A stretch of DNA of 64,000 nt from Phoronis australis (taxonomy: Eukaryota; Animalia; Phoronida). Shown in pieces: positions 1 to 12,405 of this stretch. The DNA is taken from contig NMRA01000947.1 of NCBI GenBank assembly GCA_002633005.1, positions 1 through 64,000 of the forward strand, given 5' to 3'. Made by a program: the position numbers and the translations under genes. Under the pieces are notes generated by a model. That model did no database searches, had not been told where the DNA came from, and saw nothing but the letters and a program-made list of their open reading frames with translations. Position 1 is the first letter of the stretch; each line of letters starts with the position of its first letter.

Positions 1-1367
1 TCGAATAAAAGTGTTTGCGTAAAGATCCGTTTCATGAAGTTTTTAACAAAAATGAAGCGGAAATAGTGCCTTTAAAGAAATGTAAAGACTGTGAGTGTCT
101 TCTTTGATTTTGCATCATTTAACACCTCCTTGTTCGCAGATTGACTTATCGAGTAGTTTCAAACTGGTAGTAATAAGTTATCGTCGGACAATGTCTCGGG
201 AATAGGACGAAAGTGTTCCTAGGATGCTAAAGCAGTGTATAACACGTGTAAAATGGAATCAATGACAACAAGCGACAAAAGTATTTATGGATCCTATGAC
301 CAAATGCCGTTTCTCCAGTTTATAATGCCATCTCCTTGATGATCGTAATCCATATACATGTACTATAACTTCCTCTACTCTATCTATGTCTGCTTTCCAC
401 ATTTGCTAAGAGTTTCCATCCATGAATCACAAGTTTGGTTTTGCTGCGTTGTAAGCCAGGGCTCCAAGGCGGTTAATTTTTTCTACGATACCTCAGGCAA
501 TGAATTTATTTTTGACATGTATGTCTGCCTGTCTTACTTTGGTGACTGTAATGCCACCTAAAACAACTCGTCCAGAACACAGACACCTTTAATCAGCCGC
601 TGGTCCTGACACTGTAACAAATAAAAGGTACACTGTATACAAGGGCGATCCAATATGGCCGACTAGCAGTAGATTTCTGGATATTTACTGATTGAACTTT
701 ACTAGACAGTTAATGATACACTTCTAATCGGTGATTACAAAGTATCGATGCTTGACGTTAGGTTTGTTTAGTGAAGACACCACCATTAAGGACAAATGAA
801 ACCAGCTGGCGTGCGTCACATTCCACAGCTCACTCACCGCGTATGGCACCGCTTTTGTCCCCGCAGTGAGCATGCTCAACATAATCTGGCATCAAATGAG
901 TACAACAACATAGGTGGCGCCAGGTGCGGGTGAAGGTCACGAATGTAAACATTAGAACACTGTCTTATTCTTGAAACAGGTGTACATCGCGATACCCACA
1001 TGTTATGTTAAAACAGTCATTGACTACACGTCTGTTAATTGCAAGTTATTTATACTAAAGATAACACGCCATTCACATACAGTAGCTTGACCCTCTCCGA
1101 TTTGCTTCTGTATCATACGTGTTATTTTCACGTGGTGCGAAACTATGTTCAGCGTAGCGCATTGGAGCGAAATCAGCAAAATTATTTTTAATTGATGAGT
1201 GAGCTGTGGAATTTGAGGCATACTGCCAACATCAAATGCTTCCACTTGCCTTTAATTGTTATGCCTTCACTAAACGAGCCTTAAAAGGTAAGTATCGATA
1301 CCTGTAATTACCGATTTCAAGTGTATATACATTTATGTACATTGTATACATACGCGTATATACATAC

Positions 1368-1371
<4 letters not shown>

Positions 1372-1425
<54 letters not shown>
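1372..1425. repeat. (CA)n microsatellite within a low-complexity CA/TA tract (~1321-1550)
   Basis: Uninterrupted AC repeats; these explain the HTHT/VCVC pseudo-ORFs. Confidence 0.95.
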
Positions 1426-1428
<3 letters not shown>

Positions 1429-1547
1429 TACATAGGCCTACATACACACACACACATACATACATACATTCATGCATACATTCATTCATAAACATGCATT
1501 TTACAGTACATATACATGTACATGTATATATAGATGATATTTACATG

Positions 1548-2292
1548 TATGTTCGGAATATGTCCCGAAAATAATAGGTGCGTCGCAAGCTCCGTTTCCA
1601 GAGATACAAAGGAGACCGTGATAGGCGATATAAGGTCATTTATTATGACTGATAAGGTACAGAAATATGAGTGTACAAATAACATAAAGATAAAATAATA
1701 ATCTCTGGAAAGTTGGGCAATAAAAAGCGCTAGCACTCAGGTAAGAGGAACCACCCAAGAGAGAGGGTGGCAGAGGTTGGGAAAAATGAAGAGAGATTAG
1801 ACTCGAAGCTAAGTGCTGCTAAAGCGAAGTATTGATGGCAGGAAGTATAACGTTACTGAGAACAAAGGAGCCCTGTGACACGTGACAATCATCAGCTTAC
1901 ATTTATGGGAGCCAGGAGCTGACCAAACTCCTGGCAGTAACACAAACGAACCAATAGTGAGGCTGGAAATGGAGTGTCCTAGTGCCTCGAGTGCAGGAGG
2001 ACAGCATGCGAATCTACACAAGGGGTTAATGGACCAGTCCGAAAGATGGGGGTATAAGTTGACGAGTCCATATTCTCACATAAATATATTTAACGAGTGA
2101 AATATCATTTATGTTCGGAATATGTCCCGAAAATAATAAGTACGTCGCAAGCTCCGTTTCCAGAGATACAAAGGAGACCGTGATAGGCGATATAAGGAAA
2201 TTTATTATGACTGATAAGGTACAGAAATATGAGTGCACAAATAACAAAAAAATAAAATAATAATCTCTGGAATGATGGGCAATAAAAAGCGC
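1548..2292. repeat. Pair of ~183-bp direct repeats (1548-1730 and 2110-2292)
   Basis: Both run tatgttcggaatatgtcccgaaaataata...gggcaataaaaagcgc with few substitutions. Confidence 0.9.
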
Positions 2293-3711
2293 CACGAGAG
2301 ATGTTGAAGACAGCTCATGCCCATATAGATATACAGACTGTCGAGCGGTCGATGAGAGTGCCTGTGGCCAGACGAAATTTTCTTATGACATAGTTTTTGT
2401 TCACCGGTTTCTAAATTTTCCTCAATCAAACTGCTGACGTGTGCTCACATTAGTCGTATCTCCATTTGACTTGAAGGTTAGTCCCACTATTGCCATGGTA
2501 ACTGATGTATTTATATCAGTACTGGTTTGGTTCACATAGGACCTGTTCCTATCGCATAATATCAGAGTTGGTTGGAAAAGAAACGTTTTGAAGTAGAATT
2601 TGTACTAGTAAATAAAAAAGTTGACGCATGTTGCCCCCAGTAGGCTGCCCTGGTATCTCCAAAACCTCCATACTTTACACACGTAGTCTCACTGTATCCT
2701 CATGTTACCACTAGAGCAGGTTTTTGAAGGTTGACCAATCAAGTTGTCGCTTTTTGGCTGAGGTTAATTCGTGGACTGATTCGTTCAAACATGCGCAAAC
2801 AGCCGTCAGCTCCTAGGGGAAATTCAAAACAAATAACGATCATATTTGACGTGTTACAAATACATTCGGAGGCTTCCCATATATGTGTAAATGTCGACCT
2901 TCAGTCTTTACGGCAAGTCATGTAACTTTTCAAAAATAGATAATGTTGTCGAACGCGCAGGGATGCCACTTTAATAAGAGAAAAGTACACCAGGAGACAA
3001 TCTAAGGGCTGCGAATGATCATCACGTACAAGTTTTGAGGCCATCGGTCTATTAGCCAAAATACATTTGCTGTTAGGAATCAAATTCACGCATGCGCGGC
3101 TAAGAAACACTACCGAGGGACAATTTGAGGCTACGACGATATCCGAGTTCGGGATGATGCGAAATGTTGACATGGCAACATACGAAAATTGACGAAAATG
3201 GTTTGGAGTGAGATTCATAGAGATAGACTCCATCAACGTCCAATATACGTTTAGCATGCCATATCTGCTTGTGGGTAGCACGTCGGTTAAAGGCCTTAAG
3301 AGGTCCTCTTCGTGTTTGGTATTGTTCTGTCTGCTTTCAATCAACGACAGGCAACCGACTTTTTGTAACCATTTAAATAGTGTTTTGAACGGTGAGCAAA
3401 ACTACAACCTTTGGAATGTCGAAAATTACTTAACACGATTATTTTCAAATAGGTGATTTAAAATCCATCATTTCAATGTTTCAGTATACATTTAAGTAGT
3501 CGAATTCATTTCGGAATACAAGTAGCCTAGTTGTGTTACATGTATACGTGTTAATAGACACAGGGAATGTCTGAGTTCTTTTTTGTTTCTTAGCAACTCG
3601 GCCTTTTAAAAAGAAAAGTGACGATAAATAACTAAAATATAAATGAGAGGTTTTGCTCTCTATATTTTTGGTGACTGGTTAATAAGGTAAAAGCAAACTC
3701 CAGAACAGGTA

Positions 3712-4011
3712 CATAGGCGGATTTAATGGGGCCAGGGGGCAAGCATGCAAAATAAAACAGCAACAGCGTGAAGCCTGAGGAAATATTGAGTTCAGAAACT
3801 AGGACCGGCAGCGGACGAGGGGGGGGGGCTCAAACCCCAGATAGCGGTGGAATTGTGTGGTCGTTTTTTTTTCTTTTTTAATCCACCAATAGATTTTCCG
3901 CGTGCCCGGCTCCGCAACCTTCGGGGCCTCCTGTGCACATACATTCGCGCTTTACCCGACTCCCGAGGCAACATGTTGGGACCCCCTTATGGTATCCTAG
4001 ATCCGCCACTG
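3712..4011. mobile_element. MITE with CA...TG ends and 5-bp TSD (hAT5-like)
   Basis: Ends cataggcggattt / tagatccgccactg; aggta on both sides (3707-3711, 4012-4016). Confidence 0.75.
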
Positions 4012-4346
4012 AGGTATGCCGAGAACAGTGACGGAGATAAACGTTGTTTTGATTCCTAGGGTGTTTTCTGTGAAATTGAAAAATATGGCGTTACTTTGCA
4101 ATTTAACCTCAAACAGCGACGTTACATTACGCGCAATTAGACTTTGAAAGCGCGCCTATTTCAAAACCACTCTTCTTAGTACTCGGCTGCATTTGATTTT
4201 TGTGGTCTGTATTGTGAAATAATTTAACTTGAATTAAATACTCTAAGATAGGGGGATGTTCGTTAATGACGTGAGTGAAAACTTGCCAGTGTGAACAGGA
4301 CTCTTTCCTATTATTATGTGTTCAAGAAAACAACAACGGTTTTAAA

Positions 4347-4392
4347 ACTTGACACGTTTCGGTGTCATTTATTAAACACCATCCTCAGAAGT
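4347..4392 (-). ncRNA. Minimal type I hammerhead ribozyme in the Penelope terminal repeat
   Basis: Minus strand reads ACUU-CUGAGGA-U-GGUGUU(loop)GACACC-GAAA-CGU-GUC-AAGU: intact CUGANGA/GAAA/UH core, stems I and II, minimal stem III. Confidence 0.75.
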
Positions 4393-4473
4393 CATAATGC
4401 AGTGGCCACCTAGCTAGGTCCAGCAACAAGTAATGAAGCACAGATACAATCAGTTACAGGGAGTGACAATGAA

Positions 4474-4875
4474 CTAGACCAACAATGACAACCTGTGGAG
4501 TGTCAGTTGCCTATTGAGATTGGGCTTGCACCAACTGATATGTAAAGCCTCACGAATTTTAAGCTCCTTTGTTGTTACTGCCTGGTCTATTATTGCAAAG
4601 TCATTGAAAGAGCACTGCTGATAACAATGATTGGAGCTCTGTAGGGGAGTACTTATATGTGAATTACTGGAATTTAGATGTTCCTTGGTCCTGGTTTTCA
4701 AATGGCGAACAGTTTCGCCTATATAACTGGAGCCACATCCAGCACAGATAAATTTGTATACTACCTTGGACCGTAGACCCATAGAAATTTTGTCCTTAGG
4801 GTTAAATAAACTCGACAGTTTTAGAGACTTGAATGTTAATAAAACTCTTAAGTTCACACAGTAATCATTCACCAA
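4474..4875 (-). CDS. GIY-YIG endonuclease domain of a Penelope-like element (C-terminal fragment of the RT-EN ORF)
   Basis: VVYKFICAGCGSSYIGETVRHLKTRTKEH...LKIREALHISWCKPNLNRQ is the typical PLE GIY-YIG signature. Confidence 0.85.
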   Translation of the reverse strand: MVNDYCVNLRVLLTFKSLKLSSLFNPKDKISMGLRSKVVYKFICAGCGSSYIGETVRHLKTRTKEHLNSSNSHISTPLQSSNHCYQQCSFNDFAIIDQAVTTKELKIREALHISWCKPNLNRQLTLHRLSLLV

Positions 4876-7800
4876 TTTGTTGAGTTTTCGTTGAGCAATT
4901 TTGGCGTAAAACCCAACATGTCAAGTTTTAAAACCGTTGTTGTTTTCTTGAATATATGCTGCTACTTGCTATCATGGAGATTATTATGTGATAGAATTCT
5001 GTCCAACACGTTTACAAGACGTACGCCTGCAATTTTTATAAGAATCAGCTTACACATGTTCACATTAAATTTATCCTTATTACTCGTTAATGCTGGGACA
5101 TTGGAGTAGCCTATCTGCTTCTCCTGCATGATACGTTCGAAAAGACTGAACATCGTGGTCGCTGTTATATACAGGTGTATGAGTACACTAGCTTCGGTTG
5201 ACTTCTTGGAACTAGTGTTACGCGAACCCATTGACAACTGGAGTATCTATTATATTAACCGTGAACTGATACTTCTAAGCAACAATGTCAATGACAAGAA
5301 TATCATTATGACGACATAAATGCACGTGGCACGACCAGCCACTTGAGTGAAGAGAGGCATTCCGCACAATGAGAATTCCTGTCGTTTCTTGTGGCAAGTA
5401 TATTTCCATCACTCTCCGTTTACCGATGCAACTTTTTTCTACTCTGTTAGTAATTAAGACATCTTGGACCTCAGGCCAGAGGGCTCAAGGAACGAGTTTT
5501 TCCATGCTTCAAAACAAAGCGCAGTTTAATTGTGCAAGTACATGTAAATGTAGCTATATCTGTCCGTACTTGCAACGTTTGCTTTGGTTGCCACTTACCT
5601 GGACATCAGAGTTTGCAAAACATTTTTCCTGGAACCTCCTACATGCACTTCATCGGTTATAAAGAACAGTGTTGTCATGTTTATACATGTACAAAATATA
5701 GTACACTTTTCCTTTCCCCATCGACAAGGTAACACACCTCGACCCTTCCTCCCCACAGCCCCGTTCACACTGAAGACAGGACCGTGTAATAATACATGTC
5801 AACCGATACGGAATGTCTGCCTTTTATACGTACAAATGAAGTTATACGGATTCTTATTAAAAATCTTCAATATTTTTATAGCAGTAATCTTTTCCCACAA
5901 TGATGAAATAGCGCATAACGTCAACATTGAAATAGCATTAAATTGAAAACATTAACCATGTAGACTTAGCTCTCGTGGGTTAAACATTACATTAAACTGA
6001 ATATAAGTGATATAATGTGACCTAAAGCCACTTCGATGGATTGATGTGGTAACATTATTTCTAAAATTTATTGGCCTGTTTACATCAACCTATAGCCTAT
6101 TTACATTGGCACGGTTTTTTGTCGGTCACGTCTCCGGTCATCTTCAGGTGTTACTGGGTCCTTAGACTAACGCGTACGGTTACATGGCTCAATCATAATT
6201 GTCAACGAAGAGCATGTTGATAGCATAAATGAAAGCATACTGCAATTTCACATTACATATTTGTGGCAAGTGCAGTCCAACTAAATATACGGATCAAGGA
6301 ATGAACCAGTGTTTCTTAGTTTTTATGAAGAGAATGGTTGTTTCTAAGACACAGTCAGTTGAGGAGTAATAACACTCTTTGAATGCAAACTGTCATCAAA
6401 ATATACAAATAGGCTGTTGAAAGGTATATCAATCAGTGTGAATGCAATGCTGGAGACAGTGCGAATTGGGAGACATTCCAAATTAAGTCACCTTTCGATG
6501 TATTTGTGAAAATCATACCTAAAAGAAAATGCGGTCGAAGAAGATCTACTGAAGCCAAGGAACAGGCTCTACCAAAATGCCTTCTTTGTGTATAATCTAG
6601 AATTGACCATGGCGATTTTACAGCAATGTCAGAGGATCAGCAAGCCATAAAAGGGGCAGTTTCATGAAATTCGGGTAAAACGTCTGCAACAGCCACATGG
6701 TTATTCAAATCGTATGCACTCCGTCTGTGATGAGATGCCTTCTGTTCTCTGAGGTGAATTGGAAAAATGTGTTAGCCCAGAAACTGTAACACACTTTATG
6801 TACTTGCAGAGATGTTTTCTTCATAGTTCTATGCAGTGTGACGTGTTATCGCCCCCTGTTGTTGACAGGCAACTATATGTTCTCTTTCTTATTCCATGAC
6901 ACGCGTTCTAGTTGGAGTGTGTTGTCGTCAGATGGCGAACAACTCACTCGACGACACGTTTCGACTTGAAACTATAATAGTCTCCAATGTGTAGTGGTTC
7001 CTCAGTGGTGGCCAATCCACTGTGAATCACTGCAGCCCCCACTCCCCTCAATACGGCGGTACCACAGTCAGCATGATGTTCTTGCAGCCGTTTCTTCCAA
7101 CCTTCTTACTGTTGCTCTTTTCGCCTTCTCCAGCAACTACCAAACGCACCGTCCGTGCGGAGCATCATCTAGATCACATCAACTGGAAACAATCAAGTTT
7201 ACTATTATTTCTTACTGCATTTTCAGCTATTCACTGTACATTAATGATTTCTTCTCGTGGGCCTTTTCACAATCTTCCTTTCAAAGGACTTTATTGGACA
7301 AGATCTAAGTCATGCTATGGAAATTACGAAATCGTGTACTTCTTTGAGGCCATCAGGAATTTGTTCCTAAGCAAGCAGCGTACTTCGATTTGCTCAAACT
7401 ATGCCATTTATAGAGTTATAGGCCTAACCTCGGAATAGTGTTAAGAACCGCTTTAGTGAAAGCTGTAAATGATGTGAAAATCAATCGAACAGGCCAAAAT
7501 AGTTTATTTTTAGCACATACATTACGAATGAGCTATTTGTCCAACACTACAGAACATCCTTAATTTACGCTAGTATTGCAAACCAGACACTCAACCGTTC
7601 ACCAACTTCGTGAATCAAAATAACAAATAGCACGACTGTAGTATAACACAAGCTGTGACATACGTGCAGCATTGTTGGAGATACTGATGGTATAGGAGGC
7701 ATTGTGTGTACAACAGTCTGTATTAGCACTAGTAGTGTTTTGCGGTAAAACGTGCGCTGCTTTCTTTTCCTGCAGCTCTCTCGTTGTACTTGGTTTGTAG

Positions 7801-7944
7801 CCAACTTGATGTTGCCAAGGTCAACGCATTATTCGATCCTGGGTTCGAGGGTAAGTTTTAGAGACAAGTACCGTATGACTACCGGGGACTACAACAGATC
7901 GAACTGTGACTCCTTATGAGACCAAACAAGCATAGTTAGTTGTA

Positions 7945-9607
7945 GGACCCGTTCCAACAAAACTGACTTAGCTGAGACAAATCTTAAATTTTAGTAAATT
8001 TTAAAATAAAAGTTAAATTTGTCTCAAAATCAATTCAAGAAATAGATCTCAAGTTTGACTTAAGTGTTTGACATAAGTTTTGTCTTATTGGGGACAAATA
8101 AAACAACAAGAATAATACCATGTATATTTTAAACTGTATTGGGAATTTGAGGGTCACAGCTCTACAAATTAATATTTCACGGAAGGAACCAGATGAGTTC
8201 CTTAATTACAAGAGATAACACACACATTTCCGATACCCAAAGTGTAATTGAATATCGGATACTACATGTAAGTGGCACATGTTAGCATACCAAATAGGTA
8301 CATAATACCAAATGGGTATTGGCCGATTGCCTACCAACTGGGTCGAGCAAAACGGCAAATTCAATAACAAGTACCAAGTGGGTACAAACTGCCAAATGGG
8401 CAAATATCATATAAAGTACCAAGTGGGTACATCAAACAGCCAACTGGGCTATAACAACCTGCAAGGCAGGTTCCGGACAAGCTGAGTGAGCAGACCAGCC
8501 GGAGTGATAAAAAGAGATATTGTAAGGAACGTGGTGTTGGCTCAGCACGTGCCACATGGGCAGGGTTGTTCATGGATGAACAATCCTGTCCACCGCCCAG
8601 CATCAAGCATTCACTCGTAAGTTTTCCTAATTAGACAATTTTATACCCAGTAGACTCCTTCCCGTGTGTCGTTAATTGTCCTGTGCACAAGTTACATGTA
8701 CTTCCCGTATTTATATTACTTTCAGCCACAGATGGCTTTCCTAACGGCCGATTGCTTTCGATTCTAATATCGCTCAAACACAAACCAATCCCTCGCCAAT
8801 ATTCGGCCACGCCTCCATTCATGACCCTGGTTCCAAACAACCACTTCCCTGGGTATAAGTGGGGTATCTTGCGACAATCCCCGTCTGCTTTGGGGAGGAG
8901 ACCCAGCGGCGAGATACAAAGGTTATCAATGGGGCGGGTACTAGGACAGGGCCTGCCTTGCGGCCCAGGTCCAATTCTTTTATGAGTTAGTCGGAGTTAC
9001 TGATATCAAGTTTCTGGCTGTGGTGTGGTTTTTCGTGCCCGTGTATTGGAACCTAAAGCTATTTTAAGCCTTGAACAAGGAGTGAAGCACAGTTGGGGCC
9101 CGGGTACCCATGTAGACCTGCGTTTGAGTGCCAGCGGTTTGACAAGCGTGTGACCTAGGCTCCAGACGTACTGATAGTTTGGGTGCATGGTGGATACCGG
9201 AATTACCTAACACTAGACTTACTTGGTACTATTCCAACAGGACAGGAGGTAATATTGATGTAAACAAATGAGATTTACAATGGTTGATACCTAGAAGGGA
9301 ATCTATCGCATGTCGCGGCGGAGCCTGGTGTGGTAAAGCTCGAACGCGCCGCGCGTCTCACACTGAAGTCTCCTGATATAGCGCACAACCATTTCGGTGG
9401 GTTTATCAGCAGCTAAAAAATAAAAAATAAAACAAAACAAACTTTTCTTCGGATGTCACTTTTTATATTTTATTCGACTTCGCGAAGAAAAATTGTCTTA
9501 ATTTTGAATAACTTACTGAATGGGGAATTGTCAAAGTTTGGAAGTTGAGACTAATCTCAAACTTAAGTAAAAGATGAACTTAAAAGTCAGTTTCTTGGAA
9601 CAGGCCG
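7945..9607. mobile_element. PIF/Harbinger-like MITE family termini (related pieces at ~23351-23584, ~26692-26938, ~54415-54645)
   Basis: Left ggacccgttccaacaaaactgactt matches the reverse complement of right aagtcagtttcttggaacaggcc; the interior holds unrelated sequence; superfamily is inferred. Confidence 0.4.
8288..8452. repeat. Cluster of ~7 short (t)accaa(a/g/c)tggg motifs
   Basis: Irregularly spaced, imperfect copies. Confidence 0.6.
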
Positions 9608-12294
9608 ATGGTCTGTGCCGCGTTTCATTATGAGACAGGCTCTCATTAATTAAAAGAACACCCGCCCGCATCGATTTCATCTCTGTTCTCGTGCTGTTTT
9701 GTTTTTTAAGCTGCACAAGGGCACGTAAGTAAGGGTGAGGAAGGATTGATACGCCATACTTTTCCTAACGGTGATTGATAACACGCCATTTTTTATCATT
9801 CGGGTGTTTCTTTTTTTGAAAAAAAATAAACAGCTAAACATATCGTACCACCAACTTGATTGTTAAAAACACAGACCAGGTCTATCTATGTTTTTGGTCT
9901 AATCGTCCATCCCCTATAATGTTGTACAGCTAGGCCATTGTATCACTTCTACATGTGCAGAGGTCTGTCTGTGGGCAGATTGAGAACACTTCTTTAGACA
10001 TTTTCTTCTTTCTCACAAAATGAAATTTACAAAAAACTTGAGTGACAAAATAGCTGTATCTACTCACTACCATACTTTGGTGCCGCTGCAAAAATGATTA
10101 TTATGCCTCGTTTTAGTATCAATTGAAACAACGCAAACGGGAAAACGCGCGTGTTTGTAGAACGATTGTACTTTGGACACAACAACCGTAGTAGCGAACT
10201 CTTGCAAATAATGAATACTACATCAAAAAATTCACCCTGTCTATTCCTACGGGAAAGAGCGTACTTCGAATCGTTCATCCTCGCTTATTTTTATTTCTAC
10301 ATAATATTAGCTAGGCATTGATAATATGGATATTATATTTGCATAGCAAAAAATAAATGTTCACTTCAGCTTGATATAAGTTTCTTCATACAGGTCCGTG
10401 TGAGGATATTGTAACTGAACGATCATCAACATTGTTCCATGCAGCCGTAGCATGCCACGAGTTGAACTCAACAGCTTCGTAAGTTGGACATCTATCAACA
10501 ACTACTCCATTAAACGGAACTTTAAGACACAGTCTCTCTTTTCGAGCAATCCAAAACTTGTTACCGTGCATTTGTTATCTATTTTTAAGTTTGCCTTGAG
10601 CGTGCTTTCTTGCATTTCTATACCCAACTCAAATGAGAAAAAGTTGCCGACGATATTTTCAGGTGGTATCCGTGGCTTGCTTGGTATTCATTTTAACAAT
10701 ATTGTTACATTTCAGTAATTGTTTTCTGATCTGTGAAGAAGGCTTCGTTGTTCCCCATGGTCCCTCAATTGGCAAATCGCGGGACAGTGCAGTTTGTAGT
10801 TTTGCTGGCGAAGAGCCGAAGCTCGAACGCGAATTACGAGACTGTACTCGTGAGTGAATTATCATTACTTGCAGCTGGGTTTTCGCCACCTTCTGTGATG
10901 TATTTCTGTGCTCGTTGAGAACAACGAAATATAACACACCGTTTTGTACATTCCAAAACATTTGATTATACTTTCTACGAGTCCCCAGAGTGGGCATTAA
11001 TGCTATTGTGCTCTATCCTCATTTTTAAAACATATTTAGTAAGAGCATTTCCACGAATGAAATAATTTTTAAAGACTTTTAGCTGAGGCTGGAATAAAAG
11101 TTGGAAAGGCATAACATAAATCTGTTTAATTTTGCTTTATAGTATATACATGTAAGTAGAGCGGAATGTGTCCTACATCTGGCATTGATATTGCCCAGGA
11201 AAGATATCTCTTTTGTTAATCCCGCTTTAATCTGATCCGGCCCAACTGGTCCAAGCAGAAGTACGTTATATGAAAGTCTGATTGCTGCTAAATGGTGCCT
11301 TATCTAATTGCCTCTTTCTGGTCTTTAAATTGTTAGCACACCTGGTTATTCCATCTTAAGGCCTTGTGTTCTACGCTCACGTTTATGATTTGAGTTGTGT
11401 CGTTGAACTCTGGATCCTCATTCAAACGCCTTTCAACACCCACTTCGATCTTCTATCGAAAAAGTCCTTTGTCGAGTAGAGCCACTGATTTGGTGCTCGC
11501 CGTGGCAAGATTGTTCACATTAAATCAGTTTTGACCGGTACCTCGAATACACAATCTACATGTAGTTCGCATTTTCAGCAGCCTGTTCTGGGTGACACCG
11601 ATTAGGGTGTTTCTGGCGTGCCCAGCCCAGAATGTGTTTTGACTGTAAAAATAGGCTGGTAATCATTAGTTGTACCAGCACTGGGTCATATGTTTTCAAA
11701 TTTCCTGTCATTGCCATTCACTTCTCATTGACACACGATTGTTCATTCGCCTAGTTTAATTTTGGCCCCCAGTTATTAGTACGGTCGACAAGGGTCATCG
11801 ACACACCCAGAATGCAGACATCGGGTTACAGCCACTTCTGTGCACAGTTCCAGTGCACTTTAATTGCTCATATGACTGAGTTGTAATCTAATGTTGGTAC
11901 CTTCTCATCTGTGCTAAATGCTCTAAGCTGCCGCTCTGACTTTTGCGTTCGAACCAGAAATTCAGAACTTGGCGTCTAGGGCACGATCAGAAAAAACCTG
12001 ACTCTGTCAAAGCCAGTCGCACACGCAACATTTTACAATTACGGGTGCAAAAATATGGGCCTCGTGGAAGGCGTCGTACATTGTATATCGTGAACGACGA
12101 CAGCGTTGACCTTTTACGTTATACCATATGTGCCTATCGTTAATTAATCGATACACCAGTCGACAAAAGTAAAAAGACCATATTTCGAGCATAGATTTGT
12201 CTTCAAAAGAACAAATTAGTTTGCAACAGATTTCGAAAGTCATTGATGCTCTCGTTTTCTACTATTGTCATTAACATACGGATCCTACAAGTTG

Positions 12295-12405
12295 TGAAAT
12301 CCTTTACCGTAAAAAGTCGTTGCAAGTACACGCTTGTCGTGGACGGGAATGACGCGCGCCTCACTTGTTTCAACATTTTGTTTACGCACAAGGATGTCGT
12401 TAATG
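12295..12405 (-). pseudogene. Possible decayed THAP domain of a DNA transposase
   Basis: Allowing frameshifts, reads NDILVRKQ-x-LKQVRRASFPSTTSV-x-CND-x-FTVKDF, resembling the THAP pattern W..RR..F.P..C..HF..DF. Confidence 0.3.

Larger units (their letters stand above)
4321..4952 (-). mobile_element. 5'-truncated Penelope-like retroelement with inverted terminal repeat
   Basis: GIY-YIG ORF inside; perfect 34-bp inverted repeat 4321-4354 / 4919-4952; hammerhead motif downstream of the ORF. Confidence 0.85.

Noticed and set aside
490-620. Possible minus-strand exon (ttacag acceptor, short MSKINSLPE then gt)
   Set aside because: Too short, no recognisable protein, no linked exon visible
1259-1574. 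HTHT/VCVC-rich ORFs
   Set aside because: Translations of the CA microsatellite
8288-8452. Short repeats with variable spacers, superficially CRISPR-like
   Set aside because: Repeats are ~12 bp, imperfect and irregularly spaced; no cas genes; eukaryotic context
8521-9279. TGTAA...TTACA segment followed by TGG, possible LTR plus primer-binding site
   Set aside because: No TSD, no second LTR, and no convincing tRNA-complementary PBS or gag/pol
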